From NCBI GenBank assembly GCA_027492205.1, contig JAOZFN010000008.1:1-64000 (forward strand): a DNA stretch of 64,000 bases, given 5' to 3'. Of this stretch, positions 8,473 through 19,006 are shown piece by piece; positions within the stretch are counted from its first letter, which is position 1, and the number at the start of each line of letters is the position of its first letter. This stretch comes from Thermoproteota archaeon. Lineage in GTDB: Archaea; Korarchaeota; Korarchaeia; Korarchaeales; Korarchaeaceae. Under the pieces are notes generated by a model, which worked only from the letters and a program-made list of their open reading frames with translations, ran no database searches and was not told where the DNA came from. The position numbers were made by a program, and so were the translations under genes.

Positions 8473-10011
8473 TCAGACGGGGTCTCTCAGCCACCTCGTC
8501 CGTCTCCATCCCAAGTAGAGCGTGAAGATTGACTCGACGAGCGCCGCTGCCGTCGAGAGCAAGTCGCTCCCGGCTCCCCCGAACAGCACCGCTGGAACGG
8601 CGGCCGCCGCGGCGGCCGCTCCGAAGACGACGAACTCCGCCAGCATGAGGAGGCCCAGAGTCCCCTTCGAGAACGTCTCTTGAGTCCACGCCGACGGCTC
8701 CCTCGGGAGCCTCTTGGCCAGGATCGCCGAGTTGAGCATGGCCGACCCAATCAGCGTGAGCCCGTAGGTGAGCACGGCCGCCAGCCCCGTTGGCACTCCC
8801 CCGGAGAGCGCCCCCACGACGCCCACGAGGAGCACCATCGGCGACACGGTCACGGTGAGCGTCAGGGCCTTCTGCCTGGCCACCCCTCCCCTAGTGAGCG
8901 GGAGGTGATACAGGAGCCTGGCCCCCTCCGCGTCGAGGGCGTAGAGGTAGTAGACGCCCGCCCCACCCACCCCGCCGAAGAACAGGCCGATCGCAGGTAG
9001 AAAGCGGCCGATTCCGGAGTTCCCCGTCACGGCGTCCGCGAGCATCGGCGCGACGACCAAGGCCGGCCCGATCACCGCGTAGTACGCAGTGGAGGCGAGC
9101 ATTCTCGGGTTCATAGCGAGCAGCCTCAGGTCCTTCTTGAGGGGCTGGAGCCTCCCGACGGTCAGGCTCCACCTTCCGGCTGGCGGGGAGGGGGGGAGCG
9201 CGAACCGCCTGGACGAGGCCGCGGTCCACAGCCTCCCGGCGCCCGCCCTGAGCACCGCGACGCTGAGGACCGAGAGGGCCAGCGACACGAGCGCGGACTC
9301 TCGAACCCCCATGGCGGCCGCGGGGAAAGAGAACGGGGGGATTGCGAGCAGCCACCTCGGCACTCCAACCTCTCCGACGAAGCCCGCCGCCCGGGGAGGC
9401 AGGAGCTGAAACAGCAGACCGAACCCGAAGAAGAGGAGCCAGGCGACGGTCTGCAGTGCCCTGGATATCCGGCTTCTCGTGTACTTCGGGCTCAGGGCGC
9501 CCAGGAGGTACCCCACCCCGAAGGCCAGGAGCAGGAGGGTCACGGCCTCCAGAGTTCCCCAGAGGGCGACCGCCCACGAGCCCCTCTTGGTGGCGACGAG
9601 GAGGGCGCCTGGAATCACCGTGAACACCATAGAGAGGCCGCCCCAATACACTCCCACGCTCAGGAGGGCCAGCCTGACGTCGGACTCGGTCACCGGGAGA
9701 GTCGATAGGGGTTCCAGCAGACCCTCGGTCAGTATCACGTGCACCGTGCTCGCGGTCGCGAAGGCCCCGACTAGGAGCTCCACCAGGCCGAGTACGCCCA
9801 ACATGGGGACCACGAACCTCTGGTCGACGACCGCGACGGCGCAGAAGAACAGGGACATGCCTGTGAAAAGCAGGGCGCCGAGAAGGTTGGATTTTACGAG
9901 GCCCCCTCCGACGAGCCCGGCCAGGCGGGACCTCCCGACGCCCGTCCCCCTCCTGGCCCTGTATGTGGCTTCCTTGGCTAGGATGCCCGCGATCTCAGAC
10001 CAGCGAGCCAT
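8473..10011 (-). CDS. ABC-2 type exporter permease
   Basis: About 12 TM helices with duplicated halves; directly downstream of an ABC ATPase. Confidence 0.75.
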   Translation of the reverse strand: MARWSEIAGILAKEATYRARRGTGVGRSRLAGLVGGGLVKSNLLGALLFTGMSLFFCAVAVVDQRFVVPMLGVLGLVELLVGAFATASTVHVILTEGLLEPLSTLPVTESDVRLALLSVGVYWGGLSMVFTVIPGALLVATKRGSWAVALWGTLEAVTLLLLAFGVGYLLGALSPKYTRSRISRALQTVAWLLFFGFGLLFQLLPPRAAGFVGEVGVPRWLLAIPPFSFPAAAMGVRESALVSLALSVLSVAVLRAGAGRLWTAASSRRFALPPSPPAGRWSLTVGRLQPLKKDLRLLAMNPRMLASTAYYAVIGPALVVAPMLADAVTGNSGIGRFLPAIGLFFGGVGGAGVYYLYALDAEGARLLYHLPLTRGGVARQKALTLTVTVSPMVLLVGVVGALSGGVPTGLAAVLTYGLTLIGSAMLNSAILAKRLPREPSAWTQETFSKGTLGLLMLAEFVVFGAAAAAAAVPAVLFGGAGSDLLSTAAALVESIFTLYLGWRRTRWLRDPV

Positions 10012-10012
10012 T

Positions 10013-10771
10013 TTAAGATCCCCAGAGGGTTTCGAGAAGCCCGCGAACCTCCTCTGAAAGTCCTGTGGCCTTCAGGAAGGCGGTCTCCAAGTCGGCCGCG
10101 GCCAGCCTCTCCTTCAGGTCGCTCGGGGTGCCGAACCCCACCACCCTTCCCCGGTGGAGAATGGTGACCCTGTCCGCCACGGCCTCTGCCAGCTCAAGCA
10201 CGTGGGTGGAAAAGAGGACTGTTCTACCCTCGCTGGCGTACTTTCTCAGGAGTTCCTTCAGTATCTTGCCGGCCTGGGGATCTAGGCCCGAGAAGGGCTC
10301 GTCCAAGATGATCACCTCCGGGTCGTGCAGGAGGGCGAGCGCTATCGAGACCTTCCTCCTGTTCCCGTGGCTCAGCTCTCCGATCAGCTTTCCCATGCAC
10401 TCCTCTAGGCGGAAGAGGCGAATGAGTACGTTTGTCCTCTCCCCGAAGGCATCACCTCGGACGCCGTAGATCGATCCGACGAAGGAGAAAAGCTCTGCGG
10501 GCGTGAGGCTCTCGTAGAGAACGATCTCCTCCGGGGAATAGCCGACGATCCTCCTGGCCGCCAGAGGGTCCCTCGCCGGGTCGACTCCGTTGACCCTTAC
10601 CTGACCCGAGTCGGGCCTCACGAGTCCAACGGCCATCTTCATCATGGTGCTCTTTCCCGAGCCGTTGGGGCCCAGCAGGGCGTTGACGACGCCTGGGCGA
10701 AACTCGACCGTCACGCCGTCTAGGGCTTTAACCTCACCGTAGAGCTTGGTCACGTCGAGGTAGGAGAGCAT
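10013..10771 (-). CDS. ABC transporter ATP-binding protein
   Basis: GPNGSGKS Walker A, LSHG signature, ILDEP Walker B, STH. Confidence 0.92.
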   Translation of the reverse strand: MLSYLDVTKLYGEVKALDGVTVEFRPGVVNALLGPNGSGKSTMMKMAVGLVRPDSGQVRVNGVDPARDPLAARRIVGYSPEEIVLYESLTPAELFSFVGSIYGVRGDAFGERTNVLIRLFRLEECMGKLIGELSHGNRRKVSIALALLHDPEVIILDEPFSGLDPQAGKILKELLRKYASEGRTVLFSTHVLELAEAVADRVTILHRGRVVGFGTPSDLKERLAAADLETAFLKATGLSEEVRGLLETLWGS

Positions 10772-10896
10772 TCTCCCAAGGACCGATTCTCCACCGGTGT
10801 AAAAAGATTTGGCAGAACTAGGTGTCGATGTGCCCCCTCGCAGGTCTCTCCGGGTGCCAACACTATAATTACCGCAACGCCGAGCGCGGCCTGGAG

Positions 10897-11898
10897 ATGG
10901 TCAGCCCGAAGGGCCGAGGCAGGAAGGCGGAGTGGCTCATGGAAGACCTGGTTCCTGAGGTGAGGGAGGGAAAGCCCCGGGAGGCTGGGCTGACGATAGT
11001 GCTCGACAAGCTGTCCCAGAGGCCTACGGAGGAGTGGCTCGAGATGGCCTCCAGGTACGTGGACTACGCTAAGATCGGGTGGGGCCTTCCCCTCCTAGTC
11101 GACCTTCGAGACCTGACCGACCGGGTCCGCACCTACCAAGAGTGGGACATATCCGTGGGCGTCGGGGGAACCCTCTTGGAGCTTGCAGAGGTCAAGGGGG
11201 TTAGCTCTCATCTCCTGGATCGGCTCTGGGAGCTGGGGTTTGACGCGGTGGAGGTTAGTTCGGGCAGCGTGGACATACCCTTGGAGAGGCGCCTGAGGCT
11301 CATAGAGGAGGCCAGCGACAGGGGCTTCAGGGTGTTCGCCGAGGTGGGGAAGAAGGATCCGGAGAGACAAATGCCCCTGTCTGCCGTGATAGGCGAGATC
11401 TCGGGCATCCTGAAGCACGGAGTGGCGTGGAAGGTGATAATCGAGGGCAGAGAATCTGGCAAATCGGCCTGCCTCTTCGACTCACACGGCAACATCAGGT
11501 GGAGCTGGCTAACTTCCCTCGCGTCGACCTTCGGCCCGGACAGCCTCGTATTCGAGGCCCCCTTCACGCACCAGCAGGCGGCCCTGATCAAGTACCTGGG
11601 ACCGAACGTCAACTTGGCGAACATATCGCCGTCGGAGGTACTCTCGCTCGAGAGCCTCAGGCTGGGCCTCAGGGGGGACACCTTCATGATGCCCAGCAGC
11701 CTGGACGTCCCGGGCGGCCCCTCCAGCAAGTTCGTCTACTACCTGCTCAAGCACGAGGGGCCCCTTCCCACCCGGGAGATAGTCAGGATGACCGGGCTCC
11801 CGAGGAGGACCGTGAACAATGCCCTGAGGATTCTCCGCGAGGCCGGATTCGTGACGGCCGTCGGGGAGGGCAGGACCGCCGTCTGGGTCGCCCTGTGA
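10897..11898 (+). CDS. comA: Phosphosulfolactate synthase (ComA) family protein with C-terminal winged HTH
   Basis: GLTIVLDK, KIGWG, GGTLLE, EVGKK, EGRESG, FEAP and GLRGDT motifs; C-terminal EIVRMTGLPRRTVNNALRILREAGFV HTH. Confidence 0.82.
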   Translation: MVSPKGRGRKAEWLMEDLVPEVREGKPREAGLTIVLDKLSQRPTEEWLEMASRYVDYAKIGWGLPLLVDLRDLTDRVRTYQEWDISVGVGGTLLELAEVKGVSSHLLDRLWELGFDAVEVSSGSVDIPLERRLRLIEEASDRGFRVFAEVGKKDPERQMPLSAVIGEISGILKHGVAWKVIIEGRESGKSACLFDSHGNIRWSWLTSLASTFGPDSLVFEAPFTHQQAALIKYLGPNVNLANISPSEVLSLESLRLGLRGDTFMMPSSLDVPGGPSSKFVYYLLKHEGPLPTREIVRMTGLPRRTVNNALRILREAGFVTAVGEGRTAVWVAL

Positions 11899-12039
11899 CC
11901 CCATCCTTCTGACCACAAAAAGCGATAGTTATGGGCACTATGTGCCAGCAACGGCGCAGATTTGGGCAATAACTGCGTTATAACACTTATAGGAGCGCGC
12001 TCGACGCGCGCCCGCAGCAAGCCTCCGGGAGGTAGACTC

Positions 12040-13638
12040 ATGTCGAAGACCGGTTGGCTCGGGAAGCAGTGGCCCTGGTGGACCGCGGGCGTCATGACCG
12101 GCCTCGCCGAGGCCATCAACTACTGGTTCATCCCCTACGGCCACCCAAAGCACAAGTTCATCGGCGTCACCTCGGGCATGGCCAGGATGCTCGCGGGCCT
12201 TGAGGCCAGGCTCTTCGGCCGGAGCCTCATAGCCACCAAGCCCGACTACCAGCCGTCGATCCAGTGGATAATCATTGGCGCCCTGCTGGTTGGGCTGGTC
12301 CTGGTCTGGCTCGAGGGAGAGACGAGGACCTGGGTCAGGTACCCCAAGACCTTCTACGTCTTCACGGCGCTCGGGGCCTTCATGTTCGCGTGGGGCACCA
12401 GGGTGGCAGGAGGCTGCACGCTCCACCACCTCCTCGGCGGATGGGCGGCGCTGAACGTGAAGAGCTTCGTGGTGATGATCACGGCCACGATAGCCGCGGC
12501 GATCGGAATAGCGATAATGAGCAAGTTCGGCCTGGTGCAGTACTTCAAGTCCCAGGAGACCAAGTGGTACGTGGAGGAGGCCAAGAAGAGGGGCTGGGCA
12601 GACGGCCTCACCCTCGACGACTCCTACAACCCAAACAGAGACTGGCTCAGGCTGGCCCTCTACGCGTTCTGGGCTATCTTCGCGATAGTGATCGTCATCA
12701 ACGCGATATTCGGCGTGGACTACGCCATCAAGATGGGCTGGGCCGACAGCCTCGCCAAGACGAAAATGGCGGGCGTGATGATCAACGCCAAGAACCTGCC
12801 AAACATAGTCCTGTGGCTCATCGTCGGCGGGCTGCTCGGCGCGTCCGTTGCCAAGACGGGGATAGGCACGGAGTGCGCCGTGCTCAACGCCGAGATGGGT
12901 CCGATGATAGCCGGGGACGAGCTGGGGTTCGCCAAGAAGTGGAAGATGCCCTACTCGCTGAGGACGATATTCATGGCCATGCAGCCGTTCACGGCACTGG
13001 CCGTCCACATCATCATAGCTAGCACGGCCTTCTTCATTGGGTTCGCCGTCTTCGGCATAATGGAGGGTCACCACTGGGCAACAGAGAGCTTTGCCGAGGC
13101 CTACGCCGCAGCCACGGGTCTTGAGTTCCACCACACCGGCGTTGCGATAAGAGAGATGACCAGCCTGCCCATGGACCTCTTCGGCGGATTCCTCTTGGGG
13201 ATGGGGACCGTCTTCATGCTCGGCTGCGAGTTCAGGAACTACGGGAGGACCGGAATGCTTTACATAACTGGGCTGCTGATCTGGCCGTTCTTCTACCTCG
13301 GATACCTGCCGTACACACTTGCGAGGGACTTCTGGGATGGCCTCATGGGCGGCTACCCGTACACCGACACCACCTTCCTGCCAGCCATGATCGCCAAGAG
13401 CTACACGGGGCAGATCGTCATCTGGCTCCTGTGGATCCTGCTCTGGGTCGGCCTACTTGTCTTCGCCCTTAGGACCGGCTCCAAGGCCATCGGCGTCTCA
13501 ATCAAGGATCTGCTCACCAAGAACTCCGAGGAACTCTACATGCTCCGACTGGAGAGGCTCGAGAGGGAGAACCCAGAGCTGGCCAAGAGGATCGACGAGG
13601 TCGAGAGGAAGCTGGCTTCCCAGGCGGCCCCGCTCTGA
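12040..13638 (+). CDS. YeeE/YedE family sulfur-compound (thiosulfate) transporter
   Basis: Multi-TM protein with G-rich helices; AGGCT, GTEC and LGCE cysteine motifs. Confidence 0.75.
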   Translation: MSKTGWLGKQWPWWTAGVMTGLAEAINYWFIPYGHPKHKFIGVTSGMARMLAGLEARLFGRSLIATKPDYQPSIQWIIIGALLVGLVLVWLEGETRTWVRYPKTFYVFTALGAFMFAWGTRVAGGCTLHHLLGGWAALNVKSFVVMITATIAAAIGIAIMSKFGLVQYFKSQETKWYVEEAKKRGWADGLTLDDSYNPNRDWLRLALYAFWAIFAIVIVINAIFGVDYAIKMGWADSLAKTKMAGVMINAKNLPNIVLWLIVGGLLGASVAKTGIGTECAVLNAEMGPMIAGDELGFAKKWKMPYSLRTIFMAMQPFTALAVHIIIASTAFFIGFAVFGIMEGHHWATESFAEAYAAATGLEFHHTGVAIREMTSLPMDLFGGFLLGMGTVFMLGCEFRNYGRTGMLYITGLLIWPFFYLGYLPYTLARDFWDGLMGGYPYTDTTFLPAMIAKSYTGQIVIWLLWILLWVGLLVFALRTGSKAIGVSIKDLLTKNSEELYMLRLERLERENPELAKRIDEVERKLASQAAPL

Positions 13639-13681
13639 GCCGCCCCTCCCACTTTTTCCTTTCAGCCTCACGGTGATCTCG

Positions 13682-14218
13682 ATGGACAACGAGCGATCCA
13701 GTCCCCCGGATCCAAGGAGGCTGGCTAAGCTCGGGGATCTGGTGGGGCTGACCGCCTTCTACCCGCTGTTCTCCGTAGTCGGATACCTGGCCGGGTCCCT
13801 CGTCCTCCTGCTGTCCTCCAGGGTCTATCTGATCGTTCTCCTCGCGGCCATGGCCCACGTCGCGTGGGCCCTCTCCTGGCCTCGACCGGGCAGGGCGAGG
13901 GCGGCTGGGGTCCTTTTTGGGGCCTCCGCCGCGGCCCTCGCGGCGGAACTCCTGGGGCCTCAGGGGAACCTGGCGTCCGCGCTCGGCTCTGTGGGCGAGG
14001 TTCTGCCCATGGCCGTCATCGGCCTGCTGGCCCACGACGTGGCGAAGGCAACCCCGCTCGGGTCCAAGCTCGACAGGCTCGGGGGACTCACGGTCCTGGG
14101 GTCCTTCCTGGTAGTCATCAGAGAGCCGGTCACCGTCCTGCTGGGCCTGGTCCTCATGACCCTCGGGCTCGGCGGGATAAGCCAGCACCTCAGGAACATG
14201 GCCTCCAGGTTTCGCTGA
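13682..14218 (+). CDS. Hypothetical membrane protein
   Basis: ATG after a GGTGA-type SD; about 6 hydrophobic segments. Confidence 0.6.
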   Translation: MDNERSSPPDPRRLAKLGDLVGLTAFYPLFSVVGYLAGSLVLLLSSRVYLIVLLAAMAHVAWALSWPRPGRARAAGVLFGASAAALAAELLGPQGNLASALGSVGEVLPMAVIGLLAHDVAKATPLGSKLDRLGGLTVLGSFLVVIREPVTVLLGLVLMTLGLGGISQHLRNMASRFR

Positions 14219-15706
14219 GCACCTCCCTCACAACGGCCAGCGGGAGGACGGCAAGGATCCAGCAGGCAGCCCACCCAGGCCAGGCTGCCCCGAACTCCAG
14301 GGCTGCCCTCACGGCCAAGTCGGCCACCCAGGCCAGCCCGGCGTATAGGGCCGACGTCCCGAGCATCAGGAGGGCCTCCGCGCCGCCGACCGAGTGCAGG
14401 GACCAGAGACCCCTCTCACCTACCCGGAATACGGATGTAATCAGCTTCGAGGAGATGAGCGCCGACGAGGACGCGACCGCGGCCAGATACGCCGCCCCCG
14501 AAGCGGCTCCAGCCTGCGAGGAGCCGAGCCTGACCCCGAGCGCGGCGACCCCTGCCGCCGAGGGGACGCAGATCAGGGTGGACAGGGCAGACTTGAACAG
14601 GACGACCTCCCGCACTCCGACGGGGAGGGTGGCGAGGAACTCAACCCCCCTACCCTCCAGGGCGAGCAGGTACACGGCCACCCATCCGGCCAGGCCGCCG
14701 AGGAGCAGGGAGGCCGGGGGGAGCTTCACCGCTATCAGGGGGTCGCGAGACAGGAGGGCGGCCGCCACGAGGAGTGCCGGCCCCACGGCCGCGTAGTACG
14801 CCACGGAGGCCAAGAGCTTCGGGTCCCTAAGGAGGAGCTTCACGTCCTTGACTATGGGGTAGGGCAGAGGGGCGGATCGCGAACTCCTCCTCCCCCGCAG
14901 GAGTTCCGGGACGGGCGCCCACTCCCCCGACAGCGCCGACCACAGCCGGCCGGCCCCGTACCAGGCGACTAAGACCGACAGCGCCGACGACACCAGGGAA
15001 CTCACCTCGGCCCGCCACAGGCCCGTCGAGGCGGTCGGATAGCTGAAGGGAGGGAGGAGCAGCAGTTGTGGAGGGCACCTGGCGCCCTCTCCCAGCCACC
15101 CCCGCGCGAGGGCTAGGTTGAACGTGGCCCCCAGCCCAAAGAGGGCGGTCCACGCGATTAGGGACGCCCACCTGCTTCCCCTGGACTCCTTCGCCCTCGG
15201 GTAGAGGGCCGCGGCCGCGAATCCACCCCCTACAGAGAGCAGCGCGACAGAGATGGACTCCAGAACCCCCACGCGATGACGCCCGGTCTCCCGACCCTCA
15301 CGCCGAGGACGATCGCGGCAGGCAGAACGGCCAGGGGCAGGACTGCCCCTCCCCAGTAGACCGCCGCCCCCATGACGGCCAGCCTGACGGTGCGCCCGTC
15401 GACCGGCAGCCGGGCCAGCGGATCCAGCAGGCTGAGCTCGACGATGGAGCGGACCGTGCTGGCGGTGAAGAACGCGCCGACGAACATCTCTAGGAGTCCC
15501 AAGAGCCCGAGGGACAGCGAGGTCGAGCAGGGGGACGCGGCGGACGAAGCTCCGACGAGTGTTGAGTAGGAGGCGAGAAGGATGGCCCAGACTGAGTTGA
15601 ACCGGGCGAGCGAGGATCTTCCCGCCCTCTTCCCTGCGCCCGCCCTGTAGGCCGCCTCCCTAGCCAGGAGCGAGGCGAGCCTCCTCACGCCATACTCCTG
15701 GCCCAT
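14190..15706 (-). pseudogene. ABC-2 permease paralog split by a frameshift in a G5 run (15266-15270)
   Basis: ORFs 15230-15706 and 14190-15272 align in order to the N- and C-terminal parts of 8473-10011; one extra G restores W-G-V-L-E. Confidence 0.75.
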
Positions 15707-15712
15707 CCCGGA

Positions 15713-16471
15713 TCAGCCCCCAGCCTCCAGGACCCCCAGCAGGGAGCGGATCCTCTCGTCGATCCCCGTCGTCCTAAGGAAGACCTCCTCCAGGCTCGAG
15801 GCGGAGACGGCCTCTCTTAGCTCGTCCGGCCTTCCCCTGGCCACGACCCTGCCCATGTGCAGGATGGTGACCACGTCCGCAAGAGCTTCGGCTACGGGCA
15901 TCACGTGGGTGGTGAACACCACGGTCTTCCCCCTCGCGGCCTCCTCCCTCATCACCTCCCTCAGGATGGCGGCCCCCTCCGGATCCAGCCCCGAGAAGGG
16001 CTCGTCAAGTACGAGAACGGGAGGATCGTGGGCCAGGGCGCACACCAAGAGGAGCCGCCTCTTGGCTCCCAGGCTGAGTTCCCCAACGAGCCTGTCTCCC
16101 TCCTCGTCTAGCCCGAACAGCCCAAAGAGTCTCTCCAACCTGTCCGCGCGCCTCTCGTCCAGGCCGTGGGCCCAGCTCACCAGCCCTAGGGTCTCCCTGG
16201 GGGTCAGGCTGTCGTACAGGGTTACCTCTTCGGGCGCGTAGCCCGCCACCCTCTTGGCCTCCTCCGGACTCTCGGCCGGGTTGACCCCGGCCACGGTGAC
16301 CCTCCCGGAGTCGGGCCTCGTGAGCCCGACCGCCATCCGGATGAGGGTGCTCTTCCCGGATCCGTTGGGCCCCAGAAGCGCGTGGACGACCCCTGGCTCG
16401 AAGTCGACCGTGACCCCGTTTATCACGGAGATGTAGCCGTAGGTCTTGTAGACGCGCCTGTAGCCGAGCAC
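15713..16471 (-). CDS. ABC transporter ATP-binding protein (paralog of 10013-10771)
   Basis: GPNGSGKS, LSLG and LDEP motifs; GTG start at 16471 gives 252 aa, the same length as the paralog. Confidence 0.88.
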   Translation of the reverse strand: MLGYRRVYKTYGYISVINGVTVDFEPGVVHALLGPNGSGKSTLIRMAVGLTRPDSGRVTVAGVNPAESPEEAKRVAGYAPEEVTLYDSLTPRETLGLVSWAHGLDERRADRLERLFGLFGLDEEGDRLVGELSLGAKRRLLLVCALAHDPPVLVLDEPFSGLDPEGAAILREVMREEAARGKTVVFTTHVMPVAEALADVVTILHMGRVVARGRPDELREAVSASSLEEVFLRTTGIDERIRSLLGVLEAGG

Positions 16472-16559
16472 CCTCCAGAGTTCGACCCGGTCCCCCTTAT
16501 GAGGGCTTCGCCCCTGCGGAGCAGTTAAAATTTGGGACCCGCTGAGACATGAGGTCCAG

Positions 16560-17816
16560 ATGTACGTGACCAAGCTCGTCTGCGCCCGCTGCGGCGAGGA
16601 GCACAGCCCGGAAGAGAGGGTCTACTTCTGCAGCAACATGGACGGCCGGCTGGACATCTACTATGACTACGATGCCATAGCGGATGTCCTGACGAGGGAG
16701 GAGCTAGAACTCAGGCCCGGGGGTACCTGGAGGTACCGCGAGCTCCTCCCTATCGAGGAGGATACCCCCGTCGTATACCTGGGAGAGGGGAACACTCCGC
16801 TGATCAGGGCGACCAGGCTGGCGGACAGGCTTGGGTTCAGGAACCTGTACCTGAAGGACGAGACCAGGAACCCAACCTGGTCTTTCAAGGACAGGCCTAT
16901 GGCCGTCGGCGTGGCTAAGGCTATCGAGTTCGGCGTGAAGACCGCCGTTACCGCGTCTAGCGGGAACGCCGCCGCCGCGCTCGCGGCCTTCGGAGCAAAG
17001 GCAGGGATCGACGTGATCACCTTCGTCCCACACTTCGCCGGTCTTGGGAAGGTGGCCCAGCTCCAGCTCTACGGGGCCAAGGTGGTCCGGCTGAAGTGGG
17101 AGACCGAGGAGGACCCCACGGTCAAGATGATGGTCGAGATGGTGAGGAGGCGCGGATGGTACCCCTCCCCCAGCTTCGGCCCCTTCAACCCCTACCAGTT
17201 CGAGGGGAACAAGACCATGGCGTACGAGATCCTCGAGCAGCTGGGGTGGAGGGCGCCGGACTGGGTCGTGATCCCCGTCGGCGGAGGGGGGCTCCTGGCG
17301 GGCAACTGGAAGGGCTTCAAGGAGTTCAAGGAGCTCGACTTCGTCGGCGACCTCCCGAGGATAGCAGCGGTGCAGTCGACTGGGTGCGCGCCCCTGGTCA
17401 GAGCCTACCAGCAGGGCAGGGGACCCTTCGAGATCGAGCCGTGGGGGAGGCCCGACACCGTGGCCACCGGACTGGAGGATCCGTTCCCGTGGGACGGAGA
17501 TGCGGCCCTCACGGCTATAAGGGAGTCAAACGGGACGGCCGTGGCTGTGACGAACGAGGAGATCCTCGAGGCCCAGCGCCTCCTCGCGAGGTACGAGGGG
17601 ATATTCGCCGAGCCCTCCGGGGTCGCGTCGCTGGCGGGCCTGATCAGGCTGAAGGACGAGGGGGTCGTGGATCCCACCGACCTCATAGTGGTGGAGGTCA
17701 CCGGCTCCGGCCTGAAGGACCCGGACGTGGTGGTGGAGGCCGTTGGGACGCCGCCGGTCGTGGAGCCGACGGTGGATCACGTAGAGACCTACCTGTCCTC
17801 CATAGGGACGCTCTGA
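16560..17816 (+). CDS. thrC: Threonine synthase
   Basis: N-terminal CxxC, LGEGNTPL, NPTWSFKDR PLP lysine, SSGNA, PVGGG and AEPS motifs. Confidence 0.9.
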   Translation: MYVTKLVCARCGEEHSPEERVYFCSNMDGRLDIYYDYDAIADVLTREELELRPGGTWRYRELLPIEEDTPVVYLGEGNTPLIRATRLADRLGFRNLYLKDETRNPTWSFKDRPMAVGVAKAIEFGVKTAVTASSGNAAAALAAFGAKAGIDVITFVPHFAGLGKVAQLQLYGAKVVRLKWETEEDPTVKMMVEMVRRRGWYPSPSFGPFNPYQFEGNKTMAYEILEQLGWRAPDWVVIPVGGGGLLAGNWKGFKEFKELDFVGDLPRIAAVQSTGCAPLVRAYQQGRGPFEIEPWGRPDTVATGLEDPFPWDGDAALTAIRESNGTAVAVTNEEILEAQRLLARYEGIFAEPSGVASLAGLIRLKDEGVVDPTDLIVVEVTGSGLKDPDVVVEAVGTPPVVEPTVDHVETYLSSIGTL

Positions 17817-17919
17817 GCGGTCAGCCGCTGCGGAGGCTCGGATCCGAAGAGACGCTCAGCTGAGAGTTGGGCCCCAACTCCAGCCCAAGACCGAGCGAGA
17901 GAGGTCGACCGGGGGAAGG

Positions 17920-18119
17920 GCCAGCGGGGTGGAGCTATACTTACTGGGGACAGGGACCTGATTGACGACCTCATCTACGCTTCCTCGCGGGAGTTCGGGG
18001 TCAACCTCCTCACGATCGACGCGGCCTTTCTGGAGTTCCTGAAGGATCACGGCCTGCCAACCGACTCGGTGATGACCCCCGAAGCCTTCAAGAGAGTTGT
18101 CGGGTCTCCCGTCCGCTGA
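17920..18119 (+). pseudogene. PIN/VapC C-terminal remnant
   Basis: Translates to ILTGDRDLIDDLIYASSREFGVNLLTIDAAFLEFLKDHG; no start codon or N-terminal half. Confidence 0.5.
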
Positions 18120-18139
18120 AGGCGCGGGGCGCCGAATCT

Positions 18140-18270
18140 GAGAACGCGCGCGTTAGCAAGCGACCACGAGGGCCCGTGAAGGCCCTTAGCCTGGACGTCA
18201 GCTTCAGGGAGTTCTCAAAGCCAGGGGATTCGACCACGAGAGGCTCATCTATCACATGGAGCCGGCGAGT
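18140..18270 (+). pseudogene. Second PIN-like C-terminal remnant
   Basis: VKALSLDVSFREF, a frameshift, then KARGFDHERLI; resembles the preceding remnant. Confidence 0.35.
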
Positions 18271-18280
18271 CAGGCGGAGA

Positions 18281-19006
18281 CTATCCGGGCCCGGCGCGAC
18301 GGTCAAAAGCGGAACCCCCGGTGATGAAAGGGACTCCATGCCCCGGTATCACCACCTCGGCCAGCCTCGCCAGGAGCGAGGCGCTTCTCCTAGCCTCCTC
18401 GGCCGAGTAGAAGTCCCGGTTAAGCGAGTAGACTTTGCCCGACCTGAACCAAGACTCCGAGATCACCGCGTCCCCTGCGACCGCCACCTTGGCCCTGGTG
18501 AGGGTGTTCACCCCCCAGGGTCTCCCCCTGAGGACCGCGTCCACCAGCAGTGACGCGTGCGATGCGACGTGCCCCGGGGTGTAGATCACCTTGACGCCCG
18601 GGCAGATCTCCTCCCCGTCCCGCACCCCCATCAGGCCCCTTATCCGTCCCTCCAGCGGCCTCGACCCCAGCCATCGGGCCGACGTGAACATGTGGAGGTT
18701 CCCGGCGTGGTCTAGGTGGTGGTGCGTGAGGAAGACGATGTCCACATCGTTTGGCCTCAACCCCTCACCCTCGAGCGCGGTTCTGAGGCATCTTGCGTTC
18801 CTCTTCACGTTCTCCTCGGAGAGGTCCCACTCCCTGTCGAATCCCGTGTCCACCAGGGTGAGCCTGCCGTCTACGCACTCGATCAGGGTGACCGTCGAGC
18901 CGCCCCCAACCCCCAAGAGAGCTCTAAGCGTCACATAGCGTTCATCTGACCCGGGTTCGGCCAGGAGAGTTCCCAGCTTGAGAATCTTGACCCTCGGGAG
19001 GTTCAC
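18281..19006 (-). CDS. MBL-fold metallo-hydrolase
   Basis: LVDTG, THHHLDHAGN, TPGH, AGDA and IPGH motifs. Confidence 0.88.
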   Translation of the reverse strand: MNLPRVKILKLGTLLAEPGSDERYVTLRALLGVGGGSTVTLIECVDGRLTLVDTGFDREWDLSEENVKRNARCLRTALEGEGLRPNDVDIVFLTHHHLDHAGNLHMFTSARWLGSRPLEGRIRGLMGVRDGEEICPGVKVIYTPGHVASHASLLVDAVLRGRPWGVNTLTRAKVAVAGDAVISESWFRSGKVYSLNRDFYSAEEARRSASLLARLAEVVIPGHGVPFITGGSAFDRRAGPG

